A model generated the notes under the pieces. That model was not told the origin of the DNA. It saw only the letters and a program-made list of their open reading frames with translations, and made no database searches. Of a stretch of DNA of 64,000 nt, positions 18,184-31,196 are shown one piece after another. Position numbers and translations under genes: made by a program. The stretch spans positions 13,240 through 77,239 of the forward strand of contig CAMKNB010000002.1 of the NCBI GenBank assembly GCA_946414095.1, written 5' to 3'. How positions within the stretch are numbered: the stretch's first letter is position 1; every line of letters begins with the position of its first letter. Source of the DNA: an uncultured Mycoplasmatota bacterium (lineage in GTDB: Bacteria > Bacillota_I > Bacilli_A > RF39 > UBA660).

Positions 18184-18264
18184 ATGAATAAAAAAGATGC
18201 TTGGAAATTATTTAAAGAAACAGGAAGAATTGAATATTATTTAGAATATAAGAAAGGAAAATAA
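18184..18264 (+). CDS. yqzL: YqzL-like small protein (26 aa, MNKKDAWKLFKETGRIEYYLEYKKGK)
   Basis: W..F..TG.I..YL.YK pattern; AAGGAG RBS; era-yqzL-recO synteny. Confidence 0.78.
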   Translation: MNKKDAWKLFKETGRIEYYLEYKKGK

Positions 18265-18296
18265 GCATAAAGAAAATCTTTATGCTTTTAACTAGT

Positions 18297-19034
18297 ATGA
18301 AGATTATAAGTGTTGAAGGAATTGTTGTTGGAAATACACCATTTAAAGAAAACAGTAAAATAATTAGCATATTTACAAAAGATATGGGAATTATATCTTG
18401 CGTTTCAAAAGGGTGTAAGAATTTAAAAAGTAAGTTGAGACTTCCTAGTGAAAAGTTTGCTTATGGTACTTTTCATATGTATTACAAAGAGGAAGGCCTT
18501 TCAACACTAATTGATGGGGATATAAAGGATTATTTTATTAATATTAAAAGTGATATTATTAAAATTAGTTATTTAACATATATTTGTGAATTAGGGGCAA
18601 ACGTTTATAAAGAATCGGGTAGTGAAGATGTATATACATTAATGGAAAGTGCAATATTAAAAATAGAAGAAGGTCATAATCCTAAAATAATTACTAATGT
18701 TTTAGAGCTTCAATATCTTAATTATTTGGGTATTAATCTAAATTTAGATAATTGTGTTAAATGTGGAAATAATAAAGTAGTAACATTGTCTTTATCTAAG
18801 GGTGGGTACATTTGTTCTAATTGTAGAACTGATGAACCAATTGTTAGCGAAAAGGTTATGAAAATGTTGAGGCTTTATTATTATGTCGATATTTCTAAAA
18901 TAAGTAATATTGATATTGATGAAGAAGTTAGTGATACAATTAATCATATAATAGAAGAATACTATGATGAATATTCAGGAGTTTATATAAAAAGTAAAAA
19001 GATGTTGAAAGATTTAGGAGAAAAAGATTTTTAA
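18297..19034 (+). CDS. recO: DNA repair protein RecO
   Basis: OB-fold start, C..C...C..C zinc finger, synteny. Confidence 0.92.
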   Translation: MKIISVEGIVVGNTPFKENSKIISIFTKDMGIISCVSKGCKNLKSKLRLPSEKFAYGTFHMYYKEEGLSTLIDGDIKDYFINIKSDIIKISYLTYICELGANVYKESGSEDVYTLMESAILKIEEGHNPKIITNVLELQYLNYLGINLNLDNCVKCGNNKVVTLSLSKGGYICSNCRTDEPIVSEKVMKMLRLYYYVDISKISNIDIDEEVSDTINHIIEEYYDEYSGVYIKSKKMLKDLGEKDF

Positions 19035-19086
19035 TATAATAAAAATCTTTTTTATAATATGTGCTATAATAATGATAGGTGATAAT

Positions 19087-20562
19087 ATGAATGATAGTAA
19101 AGGTTTTACTTTAGTAGAATTGCTTGCGGTAATAGCAATACTTGCAATATTAGTGATAATAGCTTTACCTAATGTAATGGGAATGTTTAATAGTGCAAAA
19201 GAAAGTACGTTTATTACTGAACTAAAAAAACTATATAGAGGTGCAGAAGAAAAATATGTAAGTGATGCGTTTAATACTTCTGGAACTAAAATATATTCAA
19301 AGTGTAGCGGATGTACAAATGAACTAGATATGCAAGTTAGAGATGATCTTGAGTATTATATAGAAGTTGATAGTACTGGAAAAATAGTAAAATATTATGC
19401 TAGAGATAATTCTTATCAATTTTCATATGATGGAGAAATGAGTATAAATGATATTGATAAAGTAGAGGTAATAGGTAATTTAGATGCAGAAAATATTATT
19501 AATATAGCTGATATTTTTAAAGAGAGCAATGCTGAAATGGCAACCTCTTTTATTAAAAAAATTGTTGATGGTAGCGATGATACTTTAATAGATGTAATTG
19601 ATAAAGGAACGAGTGAAGATGGAAGTTGTACTTATACATTAGCCTATGATTTGACTGAAGATAATAGTTTAAGGTATGTTGGTAATAATCCATGTAATTA
19701 TGTGAGATTTAATGATGAATTATGGCGTATTGTAGGAGTTATTAACAATGTATCAAATGGTAATGGAAAAACTGAGCAGAGAATTAAAATAGTTAGAAAC
19801 GATTCTATTGGTAAATATTCATATGACTCAAGTTCTGAAGATGTAAATGGAGGATTTGGAGTTGGTGAGTGGAGTCAATCTAAACTTAAAAATCTTTTAA
19901 ATGATTTATATTACAATAGTAGTTCTGGAGAGTGTTATGTAGGATCAAAACTTACTAAAGAAGCATGTGACTTTTCTAATGTTGGTTTAAAAAGTAAAGC
20001 AAAAAATATGATTGAAGATGCACTTTGGTACACAGGACCACTTCCAGTATACTTTTCTCAAATGAATTCTAATCGTACATTAAATGTTGATCAAATATAT
20101 GAAAAAGAGAAACATGGAAGATTCATTTTTAGTGGTGGTGCATCTACTTATGATAATGATACAGTTGAAAGAACAACATCATGGGTAGGTAAAGTTGGAT
20201 TAATTAGTGCTAGCGATTGGGGGTATTCAACTTCTGGTAAAGATAGTGCAACAAGAAAAACTTGCATTTATTCAGTTGGTGAATATTATGCACCAGGCTC
20301 AGCATGGAATAGTTATACTGGATGGGAAAATAATTCATATTGTCCTAACAACACTTGGTATAAGGCATTTGCATATGATACTTCATCTTGGGTTATTACA
20401 TCTATTTCATCAAAATATCAAGGTGTATCATTGTTTCAAAGTGGTTCTAAAGGAACAAGTGCATATTTGCAAAAGTATGTTTATCCATCTGTTTATTTAA
20501 AAAGTAGTGTAAAAATAACATCAGGTGATGGAACAATTAGTAATCCTTATATATTAAAATAG
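19087..20562 (+). CDS. Large type IV prepilin-like protein with a C-terminal extracellular (DUF6273-like) domain
   Basis: KG|FTLVELLAVI class III signal; NYVRFNDELWRIVG...GKVGLISASD...VYPSVYLK...GDGT..NPY. Confidence 0.82.
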   Translation: MNDSKGFTLVELLAVIAILAILVIIALPNVMGMFNSAKESTFITELKKLYRGAEEKYVSDAFNTSGTKIYSKCSGCTNELDMQVRDDLEYYIEVDSTGKIVKYYARDNSYQFSYDGEMSINDIDKVEVIGNLDAENIINIADIFKESNAEMATSFIKKIVDGSDDTLIDVIDKGTSEDGSCTYTLAYDLTEDNSLRYVGNNPCNYVRFNDELWRIVGVINNVSNGNGKTEQRIKIVRNDSIGKYSYDSSSEDVNGGFGVGEWSQSKLKNLLNDLYYNSSSGECYVGSKLTKEACDFSNVGLKSKAKNMIEDALWYTGPLPVYFSQMNSNRTLNVDQIYEKEKHGRFIFSGGASTYDNDTVERTTSWVGKVGLISASDWGYSTSGKDSATRKTCIYSVGEYYAPGSAWNSYTGWENNSYCPNNTWYKAFAYDTSSWVITSISSKYQGVSLFQSGSKGTSAYLQKYVYPSVYLKSSVKITSGDGTISNPYILK

Positions 20563-20582
20563 ATTTAGCAAGAGGTGAAATT

Positions 20583-21260
20583 ATGAGTGACGAAGAAATA
20601 TTAAAGTTATTTTTTCAAAATAAGGGGTCAAATAGAGTTAATTATAATTTTGATTTAAAAGAACTTACAAATAATTTTTCTTTATTTGATTTTATTAAAA
20701 ATGGAAATGTAGCATGTAGAGAAAACATAGGCGATGATTTTGGTGGATTTTTAGTATGTACACCTAAGCAATATCTTTTTGGCTATAATTCAGGATTTGG
20801 TGTTGGACCTCATATAGCATCATTTGCTCGTACTATGAAAGATATATTAGGTGGAGGAGAAATTACATCAATAGATGAATTTACTAAAATGGGAACAATG
20901 TGTTCTAATAAATATTTATGTGGAAGACTTGTATATGAAAATGTTGGATTAGATGAATATGGAATGCCAAGGCTAACAGGGACATTAAATATACTAGTTA
21001 AAGGAAATATTGATTCAAATACATTTTTAACATTTAAAAAGTTTTATGAGGATTATAATAATGAAATTAGGTTGGTATGTAAAAGATCAAATGGAAGATT
21101 CAATGTAACATATTTTGATAAAGATACTCATAAAAAAATTGAATCTGGTGATTTAGATTCAATTTATAATTATTTAGAAAGACATATTGACAATAGTTTT
21201 ACTAGTGAAGAAGATGAAGTTATAGTTGGTATTTCTACTAATAATAAAGCATTAAATTAG
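20583..21260 (+). CDS. Hypothetical protein
   Basis: 225-aa ORF with GAGGTG RBS. Confidence 0.7.
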   Translation: MSDEEILKLFFQNKGSNRVNYNFDLKELTNNFSLFDFIKNGNVACRENIGDDFGGFLVCTPKQYLFGYNSGFGVGPHIASFARTMKDILGGGEITSIDEFTKMGTMCSNKYLCGRLVYENVGLDEYGMPRLTGTLNILVKGNIDSNTFLTFKKFYEDYNNEIRLVCKRSNGRFNVTYFDKDTHKKIESGDLDSIYNYLERHIDNSFTSEEDEVIVGISTNNKALN

Positions 21261-21295
21261 AAATATATTTTTCTAATTTTTATTTTTTAAAAAAA

Positions 21296-21369
21296 TTAGC
21301 ACTCATATCTTGACATTGCTAAATCATAATATTATAATAGTGTTAGCACTAAAAAGAGAAGAGTGCTAA
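21296..21369 (+). promoter_or_regulatory. Two CIRCE operators flanking a sigma-A promoter
   Basis: TTAGCACTC-N9-CATTGCTAA (21296-21322), TTAGCACTA-N9-GAGTGCTAA (21343-21369), TTGACA-N17-TATAAT (21310-21338). Confidence 0.93.
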
Positions 21370-21380
21370 AAAGGAGGTAT

Positions 21381-22409
21381 ATGATGATAGGAACAAGACA
21401 AAAAGAATTACTTAAAGAAATTGTAGAAGAGTATGTAAAAACTGCAAGACCTGTAGGTAGTAAAGCCTTGTGTAAGAAATTTAAATGTTCTAGTGCTACT
21501 ATTAGAAATGATATGGCTACATTAGAAAATTTAGGTTATCTTGAAAAGACTCATATATCTTCAGGAAGGATTCCATCAGAAGAAGGTTATAGATATTATG
21601 TTGATAATTTAATGGAAGCTAAAAAAATTAGTGGTGAAGATATGTTAAAACTTCAAACTATATTTAATAACAAAGAATTAGAACTTAATGATGCTATTAG
21701 TAAAAGTTTGGAGATAATAAGTGATATCACTAATTATACTTCTGTTATATTAGGAAAAGAATCTAGTGATAATCGCTTGCAAAAGGTAGAAGTTGTACCA
21801 ATAAATAGTCGACAATTAATAGCTATTGTTATAACTGATACTGGTCATGTTGAAAATAAAAATATTATCCTAGAAGAAAATATACCAGCAGAAGAAATAT
21901 CTAAAACTACTGAGTTACTTAATAAGATGCTCATTGGGACGCCAATAGATGAAGTTCCAAGTAAACTAGAGTTTGAAATTAAACCTATAATTAGAAATTA
22001 TATTGAAAATTATGAGGTTGTGTATAATGCGTTTTATAATGCACTTTCAAACTTTACTAGTGAAAGGGATGTTAGATTTACTGGTAAAGCCAATATATTA
22101 AAACAACCGGAATTTTCAACAGTTGATGATGTTAAAAACATTATAAGTAAATTTGAAAGCAAAGATATGGTGAGTAAAATTGAAGAAACTGATGATGAGG
22201 TTAAGGTATATATTGGTAGCGAGAGTGAAATTGATGATAATGTAACTGTAGTGAAAACAAAATATAAAGTGGGTGGTCGTGAAGGATCAATCGCTATTAT
22301 AGGACCTAAAAGAATGGAATATGAAAGAGTTGTTAGTATGCTTGAATATATAAAGGAGCATATTGAGAACCAAGGAAAGGAAGATAAACTTGAAAAAGAA
22401 GAACAATGA
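21381..22409 (+). CDS. hrcA: Heat-inducible transcription repressor HrcA
   Basis: PVGSK, SSATIRNDM, HISSGRIPS, IGPKRM; CIRCE upstream. Confidence 0.96.
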   Translation: MMIGTRQKELLKEIVEEYVKTARPVGSKALCKKFKCSSATIRNDMATLENLGYLEKTHISSGRIPSEEGYRYYVDNLMEAKKISGEDMLKLQTIFNNKELELNDAISKSLEIISDITNYTSVILGKESSDNRLQKVEVVPINSRQLIAIVITDTGHVENKNIILEENIPAEEISKTTELLNKMLIGTPIDEVPSKLEFEIKPIIRNYIENYEVVYNAFYNALSNFTSERDVRFTGKANILKQPEFSTVDDVKNIISKFESKDMVSKIEETDDEVKVYIGSESEIDDNVTVVKTKYKVGGREGSIAIIGPKRMEYERVVSMLEYIKEHIENQGKEDKLEKEEQ

Positions 22410-23006
22410 AAAAGTAAATGATGAAAATTTAAATAAAGAGGTACATGAAGTTGATAATAAAGATGCTGCAAATGAAGTATTTGAAGAAGCTGGAGGATGT
22501 AGTCCAGATGGATGTGCATCATGCGGTGGATGTGGAGGAGGAATAGATCCTGAAACTATGGTTCAAATCCTAGGAAGCAGAAATCAAGAATTAGAAGATA
22601 AATATATTCGTTTACAAGCTGAATATTTAAACTTCAAAACTAGAACACAAACTGAAGTATCTAGAATGCTTCAATATGAAGGTGAAGATTTCATTAAAGA
22701 AATACTTGTTATTAAAGACAACTTAGAAAGAGCAATTATGATGGATGATAATGATTTATCAGATGAAGTTAGTAAATTCTTAAGTGGATTTAAGATGATA
22801 CTTGGAAATTTAACTAGTTTACTTGATAAATTTGAAGTTCATGAAATTGAATGCTTGGGACTTGAATTTGATCCAAATGTAGCTGAAGCAGTTCTTACTG
22901 AACATGATGAAAATAAACCTGAAAATGTTGTTTTAGAAGTACTTACTAAAGGATATAAATATAAAGATAAAGTAATTAGACATGCAATGGTTAAGGTAAA
23001 TAAGTA

Positions 23007-23007
<1 letters not shown>
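22390..23007 (+). CDS. grpE: Nucleotide exchange factor GrpE with a Cys-rich N-terminal insert (TTG start probable)
   Basis: RLQAE..N, DNLERA, FDPN, KGY...DKVIR.AMVKV. Confidence 0.93.
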
Positions 23008-25204
<2,197 letters not shown>

Positions 25205-25209
25205 TTAGT

Positions 25210-25235
25210 TTAAGGGCTCTTATTTGAGCCCTTAA
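25210..25235 (+). terminator. Hairpin after dnaK (terminator or mRNA stabiliser)
   Basis: TTAAGGGCTC-ttattt-GAGCCCTTAA. Confidence 0.6.
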
Positions 25236-25253
25236 ATAATATAAGGAGATAAT

Positions 25254-27017
25254 ATGGATAAATATAATTGGGATTTAACAAGAATGTATAAAGATGAAGA
25301 TGATTACAAAAAAGACATTAAGGAAGTAAATGATTTACTTACTGAAATAGTAAAATACAAAGGTAAATTACTTAGTAGTAGTGATAATCTTTTAAAATCT
25401 CTAGAAATTAGTGAAAGAATTGATTATCTTACTGAAAGATTATACGTTTATTCACACTTAGGTTACTATGAAAACATGGGAAATGTTAAGTTTCAAGAAT
25501 ATAAAGAAGAAATACTATCTTTAGTAGACAAATGTAGTAGTACTACAAGTTTTATGACTCCTGAATTGTTATCTTCAGATTATAATGAAGTTTTAAAATA
25601 TATTAATGAAAATAAAAAATTAGAAAAATATAAGAAAATGCTTGAAGATACTTTTAGATATAAAAGTCATGTATTAAGCGAAAGTGAAGAAAAACTATTA
25701 AGTGATTTATCTGAAGTTATGAGAGTACCTAAAAGTACATATGATGCAGTTAATAATATAGATGTTAAATTTGATAAAATTAAAGATGAGGAAGGTAAAA
25801 AAGTAGAATTAACTTCTTCTAACTTTAGTAGATATTTATCTTCAAGAGATAGAAAAGTAAGAAAAGATGCTTTTAATAAAAAATATAAATATTATAAAGA
25901 ACATATAAATACAATAAGTTCATTATATATTGGAAAAGTCAAAGCAAATAGTATTATTGCTAAGATAAGACATTATGATAGTGCGCTTGAAATGAAATTA
26001 TTTCCAGATAAAGTTAGTAAAAAATTATATGACAATCTAATTAAGATAACTAATAAGAATACTAAATACTTAAAAGATTATTATAAAATTAAAGAATCCA
26101 CTTTAGGATATAAACTTCATATGTATGATTTATATGTTAATACTTCTAAAGTACCTGAAAAGAAAGTAGAGTATGAAGAAGCTAAAAAGATTGTTAATAA
26201 AGCTTTAAAACCACTTGGAGAAGAATATTTAAGTAAGTTTAATTATTTACTTGATAATAGATGTGTAGATGTTTATCCAAAAGATAAAAAGAGAAGTGGC
26301 GCTTATGAATGGGGTAGTTATAAAGTACTTCCATATGTTTCATTAAATTATGAAAATAATATTGATTCAGTAAGCACACTTATTCATGAGATGGGACATG
26401 CTATGCATACATATTATAGTAATGAAAATCAAGAATTTATTTATGCAGGATATCCAATATTCCTAGCAGAAATAGCATCTACTGTTAATGAAGTATTATT
26501 GAGTGAGTATTTGTATAATAATACAAATGATAAAAATGAAAAGATATATTATTTAGTAGAATTTTTAGATAAATTTAAAGCTACAGTTTATAGACAAGTA
26601 ATGTTTGCTGAATTTGAAAGCACTATTCATAAAAAATATGAAAGTGGTGAAAGTTTAACTATGGAATCACTATGTGATACATATTTAAAACTTAATAAAA
26701 AACATTTTAGTCCTGTTGTTAAAGTTGATGATACTATTAAATATGAATGGGCAAGAATTCCACATTTTTATGATTCATTCTATGTATATAAATATGCTAC
26801 TGGATTTATTTGTGCATTAATAATTGCAGATAAACTATTGCATACAAAAGACTTTAAGGATGAATATATAAGATTCTTAAGTAGTGGTGGTAGTGAATAT
26901 CCACTTGAATTATTAAATAGTATTGGAATAGATTTAACAGATGAAAAAGTACTTTCAAGAGCGTTTGAAATATTTAATGAAAAGAAAGAAGAACTAAAAA
27001 AGTTAGAAAGTGAGTAG
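25254..27017 (+). CDS. pepF: Oligoendopeptidase F
   Basis: WDL start, KRSGAY, HEMGH, EIAS, WARIPHFY. Confidence 0.94.
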   Translation: MDKYNWDLTRMYKDEDDYKKDIKEVNDLLTEIVKYKGKLLSSSDNLLKSLEISERIDYLTERLYVYSHLGYYENMGNVKFQEYKEEILSLVDKCSSTTSFMTPELLSSDYNEVLKYINENKKLEKYKKMLEDTFRYKSHVLSESEEKLLSDLSEVMRVPKSTYDAVNNIDVKFDKIKDEEGKKVELTSSNFSRYLSSRDRKVRKDAFNKKYKYYKEHINTISSLYIGKVKANSIIAKIRHYDSALEMKLFPDKVSKKLYDNLIKITNKNTKYLKDYYKIKESTLGYKLHMYDLYVNTSKVPEKKVEYEEAKKIVNKALKPLGEEYLSKFNYLLDNRCVDVYPKDKKRSGAYEWGSYKVLPYVSLNYENNIDSVSTLIHEMGHAMHTYYSNENQEFIYAGYPIFLAEIASTVNEVLLSEYLYNNTNDKNEKIYYLVEFLDKFKATVYRQVMFAEFESTIHKKYESGESLTMESLCDTYLKLNKKHFSPVVKVDDTIKYEWARIPHFYDSFYVYKYATGFICALIIADKLLHTKDFKDEYIRFLSSGGSEYPLELLNSIGIDLTDEKVLSRAFEIFNEKKEELKKLESE

Positions 27018-27023
27018 TAATAT

Positions 27024-28157
27024 ATGGCAAAAAGAGATTATTATGAAGTCTTAGGTGTTTCTAAAGATGCAACTGAAGATGAAATTAAAAGCGCATTTAG
27101 AAAAAAAGCCAAAGAATTCCATCCAGATATAAATAAGAGTCCAGATGCTCCTGAGAAGTTTAAAGAAGCACAAGAAGCTTATGCATGTCTTTCTGACAAA
27201 GATAATAGAGCAAAATATGATCAATTTGGTCATGCTGCTTTTGAAAATTCATATGGTGATGCCGGAGGTGGAAGTTATCAAGGTGGAAACCCATTTGGTA
27301 ATTTTGATTTTGGTGATATATTTGATGACTTATTTTCAGGTGGATTTGGTGGCTTTGGAGGATTTGGATCTTCTTCTAGAAATACAACACGTGCTAGAAA
27401 AGGCGCTGATACACTATATGGCATGAAGATAGATTTTATGGATGCTGTATATGGTACTAAGAAAGATATAGAATTAGAATACTATGAAAATTGTGATGAT
27501 TGTGATGGAAAAGGTGGACATGGTGAGACTATTTGTTCAGAGTGTAATGGTAAAGGTACTGTTATTAGACAAACAAATACAATATTAGGAACAATTCAAA
27601 CAAGAAGTACATGTCCAGAATGTAATGGTAAAGGTAAAACATATAAATCAAGATGTAATACTTGTAAAGGTAATGGAAAGGTTAAAGTTACAAAAACACT
27701 TACAATAGATATTCCAGCAGGTATTGATGATGGAGAACAATTAAGAGTTAGTGGAAAAGGTGAACCTGGTTTAAATGGTGGACCTAATGGAGACTTATAT
27801 ATTGAAATAAGAATAACTCCTCATGAATTCTACAAACGTGAAGGAAATGATGTCTATGTTGATATGCCTGTTACAATTACAGATTTATGTTTAGGATGTA
27901 AAAAGACAGTTAAAACAATGGACGGATATGTTGATATTAAAATTAAAGAAGGTAGTCAACCAGGTGATATTTTAAGAGTAAAAGGCAAAGGTATTAATAA
28001 TCCTGACTCTTGGAAAAAGGGAGATTTCTATTTAGTTTTAAAATTAATAATTCCTACTAGTCTTTCTCGTAAACAAAAGAGTATTCTAGAAGATTTAGAA
28101 GATACTGATTTAGAAGATTCTATTGAATTTAAGAAGTTTGATAAATTAAATAAATAA
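27024..28157 (+). CDS. dnaJ: Chaperone DnaJ
   Basis: HPD J-domain, G/F region, four CxxCxGxG repeats. Confidence 0.98.
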   Translation: MAKRDYYEVLGVSKDATEDEIKSAFRKKAKEFHPDINKSPDAPEKFKEAQEAYACLSDKDNRAKYDQFGHAAFENSYGDAGGGSYQGGNPFGNFDFGDIFDDLFSGGFGGFGGFGSSSRNTTRARKGADTLYGMKIDFMDAVYGTKKDIELEYYENCDDCDGKGGHGETICSECNGKGTVIRQTNTILGTIQTRSTCPECNGKGKTYKSRCNTCKGNGKVKVTKTLTIDIPAGIDDGEQLRVSGKGEPGLNGGPNGDLYIEIRITPHEFYKREGNDVYVDMPVTITDLCLGCKKTVKTMDGYVDIKIKEGSQPGDILRVKGKGINNPDSWKKGDFYLVLKLIIPTSLSRKQKSILEDLEDTDLEDSIEFKKFDKLNK

Positions 28158-28210
28158 ACAGATTGTTTATTTATTTTTTTTAGACTATAATTATAAAAGG
28201 AGGCTATAAT

Positions 28211-28939
28211 ATGAGTAAAAAAACTGAAATGTTAAAAAAAGAAAAGAATAAAAAGAAAATAATTATGTGGTCCATATTTGGATTGCTAGTTTTAGCTTTT
28301 ATTATATGGGTAATAATTATTAATATTAAGGCAAATGGTTTAAACTATACAATTAGTAAAGAAGAAGGAAAGACAATTTATACCATTGAAAACTATAATT
28401 ATGCAGAAAGTGAAGAAGAAACTAATTATGTTTTAATTGAAGTTGAAAAATATGGAATAATGATTGCTGAACTATATCCTGATATTGCTCCAATTACTGT
28501 TAAGAATTTTAAGAAATTAGTTAAAGAAGGTTTTTATAAAGATTTAACATTTCATAGAGTTATTAAAGACTTTATGATTCAAACAGGAGATCCAACTGCT
28601 AGTGGAAGTGGTGGAAGTGATGAAACAATTAAAGGTGAATTTAAAATAAATGGTGTAACAAATGATTTATCTCATACAAGAGGAGTTTTATCAATGGCAA
28701 GAGCTGGTGCAACTCCAGAAACAGAATTCACTATGAATTCTGCTTCAAGTCAATTTTTTATAGTTCATAAAGATAGTACATATTTAGATGGTAATTATGC
28801 AGCTTTTGGTAAATTATTAAATGGTTATGATGTACTTGATAAAGTTGCAAGTGTACAAACAGATGAAAACGATAAGCCATTAAAAGATCAAGTATTAAAA
28901 AGCATTAAATTTGTTAGTAAATTTGAGGGAGATTATTAA
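28211..28939 (+). CDS. Membrane-anchored cyclophilin-type peptidyl-prolyl isomerase
   Basis: N-terminal TM; FHRVIKDFMIQTGDP, SMAR, SQFFI. Confidence 0.9.
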   Translation: MSKKTEMLKKEKNKKKIIMWSIFGLLVLAFIIWVIIINIKANGLNYTISKEEGKTIYTIENYNYAESEEETNYVLIEVEKYGIMIAELYPDIAPITVKNFKKLVKEGFYKDLTFHRVIKDFMIQTGDPTASGSGGSDETIKGEFKINGVTNDLSHTRGVLSMARAGATPETEFTMNSASSQFFIVHKDSTYLDGNYAAFGKLLNGYDVLDKVASVQTDENDKPLKDQVLKSIKFVSKFEGDY

Positions 28940-28940
28940 A

Positions 28941-29780
28941 ATGGAAATATTAGATGGTAAGAGTTTAAGTGCTAAAATTAAAGATGAAGTTAAAGCTGGT
29001 GCTGATTCATACAAACAAACGCCAATACTTGCAGTTTTAACAATAGGTGATGATGAAGCAAGTAAAGTATATGTTGAAAATAAAAGAAAAGCATGTGAAT
29101 ATTGTGGAATGAGTATGATGCATTTTGATTATGCAGATTGTGTAAAAGAAAGCGTAGTTATTAAAAAGATTAAGGAACTTAATAAAGATAAAAGCGTTAA
29201 TGGTATTATTTTACAATTACCTATACCTAAGAAATTTAATACTAAGAAATTATTAAATACAATTAGTCCAGATAAAGATGTTGATGGACTTACAGATATT
29301 TCTCAAGGTAAAATACTTGGAGGAAATGCTACATTTATTCCATGTACACCAAAAGGTATTCTTGAAATATTTGATCACTATAAAATAGATTTAGAAGGAC
29401 GTCATGTAGTTGTAATTGGAAGAAGTGATTTAGTTGGAAAACCAATTATGCTTGAATGTATTAATAGAAATGCAACAGTTACTATGTGTCATTCTAAAAC
29501 AAAAGACTTAGAGAAATATACTAAAGATGCAGATGTTTTAATAGTAGCAGTTGGACACAAACATTTAATAGATTCATCTATGATTAAAGAAGGTGCAATT
29601 ATTATTGATGTAGGTATTACTCGTATTGATGGTAAAATATATGGTGATGTTAATCCAAATGTTGAAAGTAAAGCCTCTTATGTTACTCCAGTTCCAGGAG
29701 GAGTAGGACCTATGACAGTTGCTATGCTCCTTAAAAATACATTTATAGCATACAAATTACAAAACAAAATTGAAGATTAA
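28941..29780 (+). CDS. folD: Methylenetetrahydrofolate dehydrogenase/cyclohydrolase
   Basis: KDVDG, PCTP, GRSDLVGKP, TPVPGGVGPMT. Confidence 0.96.
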   Translation: MEILDGKSLSAKIKDEVKAGADSYKQTPILAVLTIGDDEASKVYVENKRKACEYCGMSMMHFDYADCVKESVVIKKIKELNKDKSVNGIILQLPIPKKFNTKKLLNTISPDKDVDGLTDISQGKILGGNATFIPCTPKGILEIFDHYKIDLEGRHVVVIGRSDLVGKPIMLECINRNATVTMCHSKTKDLEKYTKDADVLIVAVGHKHLIDSSMIKEGAIIIDVGITRIDGKIYGDVNPNVESKASYVTPVPGGVGPMTVAMLLKNTFIAYKLQNKIED

Positions 29781-29790
29781 AATGCAAATA

Positions 29791-29823
29791 AAAAAATCTT
29801 GAGTAATCAAGATTTTTTATTTT
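29791..29823. terminator. Bidirectional terminator between folD and rpsD
   Basis: AAAAAATCTTGA-gtaa-TCAAGATTTTTT. Confidence 0.75.
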
Positions 29824-29824
29824 A

Positions 29825-30424
29825 CTATCTGTTGTAGAATTCAACGATAAGTGCTTCATTAATATCTGAATTTAATTCTTCACGTTCTGGATATCTTACA
29901 TAAGTACAAGTCTTTTTAGTTTTATCAACATTTAAGAATGCTGGAATATTAATATCCATATTTACACATTCATTAATTACTGGATGTTCTAGAGAAGCTT
30001 CTTTTACAGAAATAACACTTCCAACTTTAACTCTAAATGATGGAATGTCAACTCTTTTACCATCTACTAAAATATGTCCATGGTTAACGATTTGTCTTGC
30101 AGCTCTTCTAGTTTTAGCAAATCCAGCACGATAAACTAAGTTATCAAGTCTGCTTTCTAAAAGAATAAGTAAGTTGAAACCATGAATACCTTGCATTTTA
30201 CCAGCTGCTTCGAAAGTCTTTCTCATTTGTTTTTCAGAAAGTCCATATAAAAATCTAACTTTTTGTTTTTCTTGTAATTGAACACCGTATTCACTAAGTT
30301 TCTTTCTACTTGTTCCATGAATTCCAGGAGCAGTAGGTTTACGTCTTAATTCTTTACCAGTTTCAAGAGTAGAAAAACCATATCTTCTAGATTTTTTGAA
30401 CGCAGGTCCTGTGTATCTTGACAT
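29825..30424 (-). CDS. rpsD: 30S ribosomal protein S4
   Basis: MSRYTGP, LESRLDN, S4 domain, LIVEFYNR. Confidence 0.98.
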   Translation of the reverse strand: MSRYTGPAFKKSRRYGFSTLETGKELRRKPTAPGIHGTSRKKLSEYGVQLQEKQKVRFLYGLSEKQMRKTFEAAGKMQGIHGFNLLILLESRLDNLVYRAGFAKTRRAARQIVNHGHILVDGKRVDIPSFRVKVGSVISVKEASLEHPVINECVNMDINIPAFLNVDKTKKTCTYVRYPEREELNSDINEALIVEFYNR

Positions 30425-30576
30425 AGTATTTATACCTCCTTTTTGTAATATTGTACTAAAAGGCTTCTATATTCCATTATAGGGAGTTTCTATTTGAATT
30501 TTCACCTTGGCAGAGGTTACTTATTATTTTCAAGAAACACGTTATAATTTCTTATAGCACTGCCACTTAAATACTT
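30425..30576 (-). ncRNA. Putative S4 autoregulatory leader RNA (Bacilli type)
   Basis: About 150-nt 5'UTR after a TTGATT-N17-TATAAT promoter (30610-30582); GGCAG...GUAACCUCUGCC stem with GUAA. Confidence 0.6.
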
Positions 30577-30668
30577 AGTAAATTATATAATAACTTTTAA
30601 GAAAAATCAACAAATAATTGATACAAATACTTATTTTATGCTATAATTTTAATTACGGAGATGAAATT

Positions 30669-31196
30669 ATGGCAAAAAAAGGAATGCAAATTAAGTACAA
30701 AAGTAAAAAGAGAGAAAGAAATAAGAATAAAATTGAGGATGATAGTGCATTAAAAAATCTATTAAAGCCAGTTATAATTGTAGCTGTATTTTTAGGAGTA
30801 ATGTATCTAATGGCAATAGGTCTTGAAAAATTAGGTACATTTGAAAAAGGATATACAGCACCTACTAAAGAAACAGAATTTGATTATAAAAATATTACAA
30901 TATCTACTGTGTTTAATAGAAGTGAAAAAGCATATTATGTAATATTTGATAATTTTAAAAGTAATTATACAAGTAATTCATATGTTAATTTACTTTTAGA
31001 AAGTCAAGATACTCCATATTATAAAGTTGATATGAGTGTTAAAGAAAATGCTAAATATGCTAGTGAAGAATCAAATAAAAAGGCTACAAAGCCTAGTGAA
31101 CTTAAAATAAATGGAATTACACTTATTAAGATAAAAAATGGAAAAATTGTTGACTACATTGAAGGTAGTGACAAAATTGAAGAGTATTTAAAATGA
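30669..31196 (+). CDS. Hypothetical membrane-anchored protein (possible degenerate thioredoxin-like fold)
   Basis: Basic N-terminus, one TM, TLIKIKNGKIVDYIEG tail. Confidence 0.65.
   Translation: MAKKGMQIKYKSKKRERNKNKIEDDSALKNLLKPVIIVAVFLGVMYLMAIGLEKLGTFEKGYTAPTKETEFDYKNITISTVFNRSEKAYYVIFDNFKSNYTSNSYVNLLLESQDTPYYKVDMSVKENAKYASEESNKKATKPSELKINGITLIKIKNGKIVDYIEGSDKIEEYLK

Noticed and set aside
20400-20562. C-terminus of the large pilin as a possible diversity-generating retroelement variable region
   Set aside because: No reverse transcriptase or template repeat is seen in the window
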